Below are positions 1 to 8,135 of a stretch of DNA of 28,576 bases, in pieces; position 1 is the first letter of the stretch; each line of letters begins with the position of its first letter. A program made the translations under genes and the position numbers. This DNA comes from a virus. Its lineage: Duplodnaviria > Caudoviricetes. The stretch covers positions 1 through 28,576 of IMG/VR virus record IMGVR_UViG_3300032086_000436; one strand, written 5' to 3'. The notes beneath the pieces are model-generated. The model did not search any database. It worked only from the letters and a program-made list of their open reading frames with translations, and was not told the DNA's origin.

Positions 1-2
1 TT

Positions 3-1613
3 ACATCAACTATTTCAGGTGATACACTTACTATTGCAATTGATGGTTCTATTGTAACAGAATCTTCAACAGACACATTAACTAATAAAACGTTAACATC
101 TCCAGTAATCTCTCAAATTTCAAATACTGGTACTTTAACTTTACCAACTTCTACAGATACTTTAGTAGGTAGAGCTACAACAGATACGTTAACTAATAAA
201 ACTATTAATACTGCAAGTAACACAATCACAGTTGTTGAGGCAGACATATCTGATTTACAATCTTATATACTTGCTGATAGTACTGATACATTAACAAACA
301 AATCAATTAATTTATCAGGTAATACTTTAACAGGTACAACAGCACAATTTAATAGTGCTTTATCAGATGGCTCATTTACTACATTGGCTGGTACTGAAAC
401 ATTAACTAACAAAACATTAACCTCACCTACAATCACAGGTACAGGTGCTATCGCTGGTACATTCACAGGTAACGTAACTGGTGATGTTACAGGTAATGCT
501 GACACAGCAACTACTTTAGCAACAGCAAGAACAATAGCTGGTCAAAGTTTTGATGGTTCTGCTAATATTACAATTGCAGCTACAGACTTATCTGATACAA
601 ACCAAAGTTTAGCAACAAGCGATAACGTTACTTTTGCAAACTTAACACTAAGTGGTAATCTTACAGTTAACGGTACCACAACAACAGTTTCATCAACAAA
701 CACAACAATTTCAGATAACCTATTAGAATTAAACTCAGGTGCAGCTTCAAACGCTAATGACACAGGTATTTTAATTGAAAGAGGATCAACTGGCGATAAT
801 GCTATTATTGCTTGGGACGAAAGTGCAGATAAATTTACAGTAGGTACTACAACAGCAACAGCAGACAGTACAGGTAATATATCAATTACTACAGGTACAT
901 TAGTTGCAAACATTGAAGGTAACTTAACTGGTAATGTAACAGGTGACGTAACAGGTAATGCTGACACAGCCACAACATTAGCAACAGCAAGAACAATTGG
1001 TGGAGTTTCATTTAACGGTAGTGCAAACATCAATCTACCAGGTGTTAATACATCAGGTAATCAGGATACTTCAGGAAATGCAGCTACGGCTACAGCACTT
1101 GAAACTGCTAGAACTATCGCTGGTCAATCATTTGATGGTACTGGAAACATAACCATTGCTTCAACTGATTTATCAAACACAAGTGATGTTGTATTATTAA
1201 CTTCTACACAAACTTTAACTAATAAAACATTAACGTCACCTACTATTACAGGTACAGGCGCTATTGCCGGTACATTTACTGGTGACATTACTGGAGATGT
1301 AACAGGTAATGCCGATACGGCAACAACATTAGCAACTGCTAGAACAATTGCTGGTCAATCATTTGATGGTTCAGCAAACATAACTATCGCTTCAACTGAT
1401 TTATCAGATACTTCTTCAATAGTTTTACTTACATCTTCACAAACACTAACAAATAAACAGTTAACTAGTCCAAAAATTAATGAAAACGTGGCAGTAACAG
1501 CGACAGCGACTGAATTAAACTTTGTAGATGGTGTAACATCAGCTATTCAAACACAATTAGATAATAAAGCTGCTAAATCATTTGCTATTGCACAGTCTAT
1601 CGCTCTAGGTTAA
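3..1613 (+). CDS. Thr/Gly-rich repetitive tail fibre/virion structural protein, 5'-truncated by the window
   Basis: Frame is open from nt 3 ([16 protein letters not shown]...) to TAA at 1611-1613, so the TTG at 384 is not the real start. Six TLTNK repeats, four GNAxTATxLxTARTI repeats, C-terminus [10 protein letters not shown]; lies just upstream of gp13. Confidence 0.75.
   Translation, partial: TSTISGDTLTIAIDGSIVTESSTDTLTNKTLTSPVISQISNTGTLTLPTSTDTLVGRATTDTLTNKTINTASNTITVVEADISDLQSYILADSTDTLTNKSINLSGNTLTGTTAQFNSALSDGSFTTLAGTETLTNKTLTSPTITGTGAIAGTFTGNVTGDVTGNADTATTLATARTIAGQSFDGSANITIAATDLSDTNQSLATSDNVTFANLTLSGNLTVNGTTTTVSSTNTTISDNLLELNSGAASNANDTGILIERGSTGDNAIIAWDESADKFTVGTTTATADSTGNISITTGTLVANIEGNLTGNVTGDVTGNADTATTLATARTIGGVSFNGSANINLPGVNTSGNQDTSGNAATATALETARTIAGQSFDGTGNITIASTDLSNTSDVVLLTSTQTLTNKTLTSPTITGTGAIAGTFTGDITGDVTGNADTATTLATARTIAGQSFDGSANITIASTDLSDTSSIVLLTSSQTLTNKQLTSPKINENVAVTATATELNFVDGVTSAIQTQLDNKAAKSFAIAQSIALG
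399..1412 (+). repeat. Internal 67-codon duplication in the fibre gene (399-599 and 1212-1412)
   Basis: 64/67 aa identical ([10 protein letters not shown]...TDLSDT; only NV>DI and A>S differ), with many synonymous differences. Confidence 0.9.
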
Positions 1614-1626
1614 TATTTTAAACCAT

Positions 1627-1634
1627 TATAAATA
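1627..1634 (+). promoter_or_regulatory. T4-type late (gp55) promoter TATAAATA
   Basis: Exact T4 late consensus in the intergenic gap before gp13. Confidence 0.85.
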
Positions 1635-1659
1635 GTGGTGAAGGGAAATAATATAGAGT

Positions 1660-2466
1660 ATGGCAAATCCAGCAAGTAGAGAAGAGTTAAAACAATACGC
1701 ATTAAGGCAACTAGGTAAACCTGTCATTGAAATTAACGTAGATGATGGACAACTAGAAGATAGACTTGATGAAGCATTACAATATTATGCTCAATATCAC
1801 TATGATGGTATCAAAAGAACATACCTAAAATATCAATACACACAAGCTGACAAAGACAGAATTACAGGAAATACATCCGAATCTGTTACTAAAAATTCTA
1901 TAACTACAGCATGGTCGGAGGGTAACAATTATCTAGTTGTACCTGAAAGTGTTGTATCTGTAATTAATATTTTTCCTTTTTCAAACAAAGGTAATTTAAA
2001 CTTATTTGACGTAAGATATCAGTTAAGATTAAATGATCTTTACGATTTTTCTTCAACATCAATTATAAACTATGATGTTGTATTAAGACATTTAGATTTT
2101 TTAGATCACGTATTAGTAGGTGAGAAACCATTAAGATTTAATCAACACGATAACAGATTACATATTGATATGGATTGGACTAACGATTTATCAGTTGGTG
2201 AATATCTTGTTATTGAGTGTTATAGAAAATTAGATCCTGAAACATTTACTGATGTTTATAATGACATATATTTAAAAAGATATGTAACTGCCTTATTTAA
2301 AAAACAATGGGGTGCTAACTTATCTAAATTTGGTGGATTACAAATGATCGGTGGTGTTTCGTTAAACGGACAGCAAATATATTCAGAAGCTTTATCAGAC
2401 ATTGAAAAGTTAGAAACAGAAATCAGATCAACATTTGAGTTAAACCCAGCAATGATGATAGGATAA
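1660..2466 (+). CDS. gp13: Neck protein gp13
   Basis: N-terminal REELKQYALRQLGKPVIEINVDDGQ and C-terminal KKQWGANLSKF...GGVSLNG motifs; gp13-14-15-16-17 synteny. Confidence 0.92.
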   Translation: MANPASREELKQYALRQLGKPVIEINVDDGQLEDRLDEALQYYAQYHYDGIKRTYLKYQYTQADKDRITGNTSESVTKNSITTAWSEGNNYLVVPESVVSVINIFPFSNKGNLNLFDVRYQLRLNDLYDFSSTSIINYDVVLRHLDFLDHVLVGEKPLRFNQHDNRLHIDMDWTNDLSVGEYLVIECYRKLDPETFTDVYNDIYLKRYVTALFKKQWGANLSKFGGLQMIGGVSLNGQQIYSEALSDIEKLETEIRSTFELNPAMMIG

Positions 2467-2470
2467 TGTC

Positions 2471-3253
2471 ATGGCCGTTAATCACTATTTTCAAAACGGT
2501 AAGGGCATTGGGAACGCAAATGAACAAACTCTATTACAAGATTTAATCATAGAAGGCCTTAAAATTTATGGCCACGATTACTATTATCTTCCAAGAACAT
2601 TAGTTAACAGAGATTTAATTTTAGGTGAAGACGTATCATCTAAATTTGATGACTCATACTTAGTAGAAATGTATATGACAACTACTGAGGGTTTTGCAGG
2701 TCAACAAGAATTAATTAATAAGTTTGGTTTGGAAATCAGAGAAGATACTAACTTTACACTTGCTAAAAGAAGATGGCAAGACGCTGTTGATAGTAAGCAC
2801 ACAATGATTGCAGAGGGTAGACCAAACGAAGGAGATATTATCTATTCTCCTTTGATGAACTCATTTTTTGAAATTCAATTTGTTGAAGATCAGGAACCAT
2901 TCTTTCAATTAGGAAATTTACCAGTTTATCAATTAAGATGTACTCGTTGGGAATACTCAAATGAACAACTTGACACAGGTGTTAATGCTATTGATAGTGC
3001 TGAAGATCAATATTCAGTAGATCAATTAGCACATCAAGTTTCACTTGAAAATGAAACAGGATCAATTGTACTTGAAAATGATAGTGCAAGTGGTGATATA
3101 CAATATATGTTATTAGAAACATATGCTTTACAAACACAAAGTACATATGCAGATAATTTAGATTTAGATAGTGAGGCAGGTTTTGACACAGCTTCTACAG
3201 CAGATGACATACTAGACTTTACTGAAAGAAACCCATTTGGAGAGGTTGATTAA
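2471..3253 (+). CDS. gp14: Neck protein gp14
   Basis: EQTLLQDLIIEGLKIYGHD-YYLPR, KFGLEIR, RPNEGDIIY, FFQLG and C-terminal NPFG motifs; synteny. Confidence 0.92.
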   Translation: MAVNHYFQNGKGIGNANEQTLLQDLIIEGLKIYGHDYYYLPRTLVNRDLILGEDVSSKFDDSYLVEMYMTTTEGFAGQQELINKFGLEIREDTNFTLAKRRWQDAVDSKHTMIAEGRPNEGDIIYSPLMNSFFEIQFVEDQEPFFQLGNLPVYQLRCTRWEYSNEQLDTGVNAIDSAEDQYSVDQLAHQVSLENETGSIVLENDSASGDIQYMLLETYALQTQSTYADNLDLDSEAGFDTASTADDILDFTERNPFGEVD

Positions 3254-4059
3254 TGTTTGGACAATATTTTTATAACGAAAGTATGAGAAAGATGACCGTT
3301 GCTTTTGGTCAACTTTTTAATAATATAGTAGTTAAGAGAAAAGATAGTAATGGTAATATTACTCAATCTATCAAAGTACCTTTAGCGTATGCACCAAAAG
3401 AAAAGTTTTTAGTCAGATTAGATCAACAACCTAGTTTAGATGAAAGAGAATTTGCTGTAACTTTACCTCGTATGGGTTTTGAAATCACAGGTATTAATTA
3501 TGACTCAAGTAGAAAATTAACAAGAGTGCAAAAATTTAAACATATTAAAACTGGTACAGATGGTAAAATATTAAATTATAATTATACACCAGTACCTTAT
3601 AACTTAACGTATTCTTTATATGTATTTACAGCAACTGCTGAAGCAGGTCTACAAATTGTAGAACAAATTTTACCATTCTTTCAACCTGATTATACAGTTA
3701 CAGTAAATGTAATACCAGAATTAAATATTAAAAGAGATGTGCCTATTGTATTAAATAATATTTCTTATGATGATAGTTATTCAGGTGATTTTACAACAAG
3801 ACGAGCTGTTATCTATACTTTAAGTTTTACAGCTAAAACATACTTATTTGGTCCTGCTAAAACACAAAAAGTTATCAAACAAACTCAATCAGATTTATAT
3901 AGTGATACTGATACAGTAAATAAAGCAAGAGAAGAAAGAATAATAATAACACCAAATCCAACTTCAGCGGATGCAGATGATGATTTTGGATTTACAACTA
4001 CCATTAGTTTTTTTGCTGATGGTAAAAAGTATGACGTGAGCAAAGATGAGGATAGTTAA
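3253..4059 (+). CDS. gp15: Tail sheath stabiliser/completion protein gp15
   Basis: YFYNESMRK..VAFGQLFN, VPLAYAPKEKF, LPRMGFE, QIVEQILPFFQP; TAATG overlap with gp14. Confidence 0.92.
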   Translation: MFGQYFYNESMRKMTVAFGQLFNNIVVKRKDSNGNITQSIKVPLAYAPKEKFLVRLDQQPSLDEREFAVTLPRMGFEITGINYDSSRKLTRVQKFKHIKTGTDGKILNYNYTPVPYNLTYSLYVFTATAEAGLQIVEQILPFFQPDYTVTVNVIPELNIKRDVPIVLNNISYDDSYSGDFTTRRAVIYTLSFTAKTYLFGPAKTQKVIKQTQSDLYSDTDTVNKAREERIIITPNPTSADADDDFGFTTTISFFADGKKYDVSKDEDS

Positions 4060-4061
4060 TA

Positions 4062-4526
4062 ATGTCAAAATTAGAAGAAAGAGTCAATGAGATTTTAGGT
4101 TTAGATCAACCTAAAGAACCTGTATCAAATAAAGAATTTCAAGCGCCTGTTCCTCGAAAAGAAGATAAAAAGAAAACAGACGTTGATAATGATTATGAAC
4201 ATAGTAGAGAAAACTATTATAACTTAATCGAAAAAGGACAAGAAGCAATAGAAGGCATATTGGATATTGCAAAAGAAGGACAACATCCAAGAGCATATGA
4301 AGTTGCAGGTCAATTAATTGGTCAAGTTGCAAGTACAGTAGATAAACTACAAGATTTGCAAAAGAAACTAAAAGACCTAAAAGAAGTACCTAAAAGTGCT
4401 AATGCGAATATTAAGAATGCTCTTTTTGTAGGATCAACAGCTGAACTACAAAAAATGTTGAAAGGAAATGATGAAAGTACTAAAAGCAAAGACATTACAC
4501 CCCCAAAAGACAATATTTCCAATTAA
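4062..4526 (+). CDS. gp16: Terminase small subunit gp16
   Basis: DYEHSRENYYNLIEKGQEAI, HPRAYEVAGQLI, NALFVGSTAELQK motifs; position upstream of gp17. Confidence 0.9.
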   Translation: MSKLEERVNEILGLDQPKEPVSNKEFQAPVPRKEDKKKTDVDNDYEHSRENYYNLIEKGQEAIEGILDIAKEGQHPRAYEVAGQLIGQVASTVDKLQDLQKKLKDLKEVPKSANANIKNALFVGSTAELQKMLKGNDESTKSKDITPPKDNISN

Positions 4527-4761
4527 AGCTTTAACTTTTGTACAACATGGTCTAGCATTAAAAGAGATCATGGATGGCGAAGAGATGAATGATCCTGTAG
4601 AGGTTGAAAGAAGAATTATAAGTAATAGTCCTAGATTAGGTGCTAATGGTGCACCATATATAGAAAAAGAGTTTGTTGTGTTAAGAGGTAGTCGTAGAAT
4701 TACAGCTGCATTGAAAAAAGGTTTTACACATATTGAAGGAGTAATAGTGAATGATGTATAA
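4468..4761 (+). CDS. Small ParB/sulfiredoxin-like N-terminal domain protein (putative)
   Basis: DPVEV...EFVVLRGSRRITAALKKGFTHIEGVIV resembles the ParB/Srx pattern (PI.V...Y.IIDG.RR..A....G...IPVIV); AAAGGA SD-like sequence upstream; overlaps the end of gp16 by 59 nt. Confidence 0.55.
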   Translation: MMKVLKAKTLHPQKTIFPIKALTFVQHGLALKEIMDGEEMNDPVEVERRIISNSPRLGANGAPYIEKEFVVLRGSRRITAALKKGFTHIEGVIVNDV

Positions 4762-5401
4762 AGAATATGAATTAGATGAAAGTACATTTATGGGTGCATG
4801 GTATATGCCAGAGGATATTTGTGATGATATATTAGATACTTTTAAAAAAAATAAACATATGTGGTCTAAAGGTGCTGTATTAGAAAAAGCAGAGGATGAA
4901 GGCGTAGGTCAATCAGACACAAAGATAAAAGACAGCTTTGATATTGGTATTCTTGCAAAAGAAAATTGGTACCCATTTAACAAATACAAAGAACATTTAA
5001 ATAACATATTTAAATTATATAACGAAAAATATGAACCAACACAAGGTTTAGAAGAGTTTGGTATTATAGAAAATTATAATATACAATATTATCCACCGGG
5101 TGGTGGTTTTAAAAAATGGCATTCAGAAAGAACAAATGCCGTATCAGTAAATAGAGAATTTGTTTTTATGACTTATTTAAATGATGTACCTGCTGGTGGC
5201 ACAGAATTTGCTTATCAAAAATTAACAACACCTGCTGAAAAAGGATTAACATTGATATGGCCTGCAGCTTGGACACATACACATAAGGGCGCTTTAGTGT
5301 TAAAAGAAAAATATATAGTAACAGGTTGGGTAGGTTATATCGAACCTAAATTAGTAGATTTTTATATGAACAATTATGGTAGAGGGAGAAGTGGTGAGTA
5401 A
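4751..5401 (+). CDS. 2OG-Fe(II) oxygenase superfamily protein (HxE...H)
   Basis: YNIQYYPPGGGFKKWHSE...FVFMTYLNDV..GGTEF...LIWPAAWTHTH...KYIVTGW, a prolyl-hydroxylase-like DSBH pattern. Confidence 0.85.
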   Translation: MMYKEYELDESTFMGAWYMPEDICDDILDTFKKNKHMWSKGAVLEKAEDEGVGQSDTKIKDSFDIGILAKENWYPFNKYKEHLNNIFKLYNEKYEPTQGLEEFGIIENYNIQYYPPGGGFKKWHSERTNAVSVNREFVFMTYLNDVPAGGTEFAYQKLTTPAEKGLTLIWPAAWTHTHKGALVLKEKYIVTGWVGYIEPKLVDFYMNNYGRGRSGE

Positions 5402-7028
5402 CCAAGACGCATACTTAGGCAATCCAAATTTAAAAAAGGTTAACACACCTGTTGAGTTCACACAAGAACAAATACTTGAATATAAAAAGTGTGAAAAAGA
5501 TCCTATTTATTTTATGGAAAACTATGTTCAAGTTGTATCGCTTGACGAAGGACTGGTGCCTTTTAAAATGTATGGTTTTCAAAAAAAGATAGTTAAAACT
5601 ATTCATAAAAATAGATTTACAATTTGTAAACTTCCAAGACAATCAGGTAAATCTACTACTACTATTTCATATTTATTGCATTATGCATTATTTAATCCAA
5701 ACTCAAACATTGCCTTACTTGCAAACAAAAGTTCAACTGCTAGAGATATTTTAGGTCGATTACAACTTGCATATGAAAACTTACCAAAATGGTTACAACA
5801 AGGTATTATAAACTGGAATAAAGGTAATATTGAATTAGAAAATAAATCTACCATTGTGGCAGCTGCAACATCATCATCTGCTATTCGAGGTGGTTCTTAT
5901 AATATAATTTTCCTTGATGAGTTTGCTTTCGTACCTGCCAATATTGCCGAATCATTTTTTAGTTCCGTTTATCCTACAATCTCATCTGGTAAAAATACAA
6001 AAATGATTATTGTATCTACACCACATGGAATGAATATGTATTACAAATTATGGACAGACGCAATCAATAAACAAAATGATTATGTGCCGATTGAAGTACA
6101 TTGGAGTGAAGTACCTGGTAGAGATGAAGAATGGAAAGAAACTACAATACGAAATACAAGTGCTGAACAATTCCAACAAGAGTTTGAATGTGAGTTCTTA
6201 GGTTCGGTTGATACATTAATTTCTCCTGCAAAAATTAAAGTTACACCATACATGAATGCCATTGAAAGTAAAAATGGTTTAAAGATGTTTAAAAAACCTG
6301 ATAAAAATAAATTATACGTTTGTACAGTTGACGTTGCCAGAGGAACAGAAAAAGATTATTCAGCATTTATTATATTTGATTGTACAAAGATACCGTATGA
6401 AGTTGTATGTACATATAAAAATAATGAAATTAAACCTCATGTCTTTCCTAGTATTATAGAACAAGTTTGTAAAGGTTATAATCATGCACATATACTTTGT
6501 GAAGTAAACGATTTGGGTCAACAAATTGCCGATACGTTACATATGGAGTTAGAATACGATAATATCTTAATGACAACACAAAGAGGTAGAGCTGGTCAAA
6601 TATTAGGTGCAATGTTTAGTGGTAGAGGTACATCATTAGGTGTACGTATGACTAAACAGATTAAGAAGATTGGATGTGCTGGTATTAAGACACTAGTAGA
6701 AGCAGATAAAACCATTATAAATGACTTTCAGATCATAGAAGAAATGTCAACATTTAGTAGGCGTGGAAACTCTTGGAGCGCCGAGGACGGGTGTAATGAT
6801 GATCTTATGATGTGTTTAGTCATATTTGCATGGTTAACGAACCAGCAGTATTTTAAAGAGTTATCTAATAGTAATATAAGAAGTCAATTATACGAAGAAC
6901 AACAAAATCTAATAGAACAAGATATGGCACCTTTTGGTTTTGTTGATGACGGTACACCTGATGAAGAAAAAGAAATAGTTGATGAATATGGTACTGTTTG
7001 GCATCCTGTAGTAAGAAAAGGATATTAG
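5394..7028 (+). CDS. gp17: Terminase large subunit gp17
   Basis: YLGNPNLKK N-terminus, Walker A KLPRQSGKST, Walker B IFLDEFAF, nuclease motifs DVARG and DDLMM. Start is probably GTG at 5391 or 5394 after GGAG rather than 5376. Confidence 0.96.
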   Translation: MSNQDAYLGNPNLKKVNTPVEFTQEQILEYKKCEKDPIYFMENYVQVVSLDEGLVPFKMYGFQKKIVKTIHKNRFTICKLPRQSGKSTTTISYLLHYALFNPNSNIALLANKSSTARDILGRLQLAYENLPKWLQQGIINWNKGNIELENKSTIVAAATSSSAIRGGSYNIIFLDEFAFVPANIAESFFSSVYPTISSGKNTKMIIVSTPHGMNMYYKLWTDAINKQNDYVPIEVHWSEVPGRDEEWKETTIRNTSAEQFQQEFECEFLGSVDTLISPAKIKVTPYMNAIESKNGLKMFKKPDKNKLYVCTVDVARGTEKDYSAFIIFDCTKIPYEVVCTYKNNEIKPHVFPSIIEQVCKGYNHAHILCEVNDLGQQIADTLHMELEYDNILMTTQRGRAGQILGAMFSGRGTSLGVRMTKQIKKIGCAGIKTLVEADKTIINDFQIIEEMSTFSRRGNSWSAEDGCNDDLMMCLVIFAWLTNQQYFKELSNSNIRSQLYEEQQNLIEQDMAPFGFVDDGTPDEEKEIVDEYGTVWHPVVRKGY

Positions 7029-7103
7029 CCGGTGTAGCTCAGTTGGTAGAGCAGCTGATTTGTAATCAGCATGTCGGGAGTTCGAATCTTCTCGCCGGCA
7101 CCA
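7028..7103 (+). tRNA. tRNA-Thr (anticodon TGT) with encoded CCA
   Basis: 76 nt cloverleaf: acceptor GCCGGTG/CGCCGGC, D-arm GCTC-AGTTGGTA-GAGC, anticodon arm GCTGA-TTTGTAA-TCAGC, T-arm GGGAG-TTCGAAT-CTTCT, 3' ACCA. Confidence 0.95.
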
Positions 7104-7108
7104 GATTA

Positions 7109-7133
7109 TGGGGGCTTAACGCCCCCACATTTA
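7109..7133. terminator. GC-rich hairpin between the convergent tRNA and porin-like gene; probable bidirectional terminator
   Basis: TGGGGGC-TTAAC-GCCCCCA stem-loop between converging units; U-tracts are weak. Confidence 0.65.
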
Positions 7134-7134
7134 A

Positions 7135-7911
7135 TTAAAACTTAACAGACATACCAGCTGCTGGAGTTACGTCCTCTGAATCAAGGTTGTAACCGGCTTC
7201 GATATACCAGTCTAGTGATTTCCAAGTTGCCTTATAACCGGCACCTGTATTTTTTGACCAATCGCTTTCATCACCGTTTACAAAAACAGAAAATCCATTT
7301 TTAGCAACGATAGTTTCGTATGCGATTTCGTTAGTTAATGTATCGTCATGTGTGGCAACACCAGTAACATCAAAAGTGCCTACAGGTAATTGACCTTGTA
7401 AAGCAAAAATGTTGTTATCTGTTTCAATAGTGTGATCTACTGAACCTGACCAATTCATAACACCTACATCAATAGAATGCTTAAGTTGTAGTGTAGCAAA
7501 ATCAGTTACGTCTGACGAACTATCTGTAAATTTAAATCTAGCAGATGTGTTCTTCCAAGTTGCCATAATAGATTCGCCATCATCGCTTGGATTTGCTAGT
7601 GTATCAGCACCAACAACTTCTAATCCACCACCAATGAATATATCACCTTGGTCTCCGTATGATAATGAACCCATTTCAGACTTTACACCTAATGCGTATT
7701 CGTCTAAGATAACTTGGTCATTTGTATTTGTTATTAAAGCTACAGAAGCGAATCCTACATCACTTGAAATATCTATATCAACGTCTTTTGTTGCGTAGAT
7801 ATTATCAGTTGTTGTATTTTTTTTGAAGTCAACTCCTACTGAGCCTGAGATTTCAGACTGTGCTTTAAATGAAAACAGCACTAAAGCTGCGATTAATAAT
7901 AGTTTTTGCAT
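7135..7911 (-). CDS. Porin-like outer-membrane beta-barrel protein with signal peptide (258 aa)
   Basis: ATG at 7911 preceded by AAGGAGAG; Sec signal MQKLLLIAALVLFSFKAQS; mature N-terminus EISGSVGVDF; amphipathic strands, MGSLSYGDQG segment, acidic loops; C-terminal AAGMSVKF ends in Phe like a BAM beta-signal. Confidence 0.7.
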   Translation of the reverse strand: MQKLLLIAALVLFSFKAQSEISGSVGVDFKKNTTTDNIYATKDVDIDISSDVGFASVALITNTNDQVILDEYALGVKSEMGSLSYGDQGDIFIGGGLEVVGADTLANPSDDGESIMATWKNTSARFKFTDSSSDVTDFATLQLKHSIDVGVMNWSGSVDHTIETDNNIFALQGQLPVGTFDVTGVATHDDTLTNEIAYETIVAKNGFSVFVNGDESDWSKNTGAGYKATWKSLDWYIEAGYNLDSEDVTPAAGMSVKF

Positions 7912-8036
7912 ATGCTCTCCTTGTTCTTGCATATCAGTATCGTCAATAATGTTCTGATTAATCGTTATATTTAGACGTACCGAATCACCTAGGAATATCA
8001 ATTTATGTGAATAAATGTTACTAGGTTTTAAATTAT

Positions 8037-8044
8037 TATAAATA
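8037..8044 (+). promoter_or_regulatory. T4-type late promoter TATAAATA for gp18
   Basis: Exact consensus about 90 nt upstream of the gp18 ATG. Confidence 0.85.
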
Positions 8045-8135
8045 TCAATGTAAACAAATTTAAATATGGGCGTAAGAAAACTTACGAATATTTGAGGTAG
8101 ATAATTAGCTAATTAAAAAATAGAGGAGAAAACCT

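Noticed and set aside
263-1033. Minus-strand ORFs 263-505 and 542-1033
   Set aside because: Antisense shadows of the repetitive fibre gene; no SD or recognisable motifs.
7547-7798. Plus-strand 83 aa ORF inside the porin-like gene
   Set aside because: Shadow ORF with no SD or protein features.
7912-8001. N-terminal extension of the porin-like ORF to 8001
   Set aside because: The SD and signal peptide point to ATG 7911; the extension crosses the structured intergenic region.
7028-8030. tRNA as an integration site for the porin segment
   Set aside because: No integrase in the window and no repeat of the tRNA 3' end; only a 6 nt CGAATC match at 7981, expected by chance.
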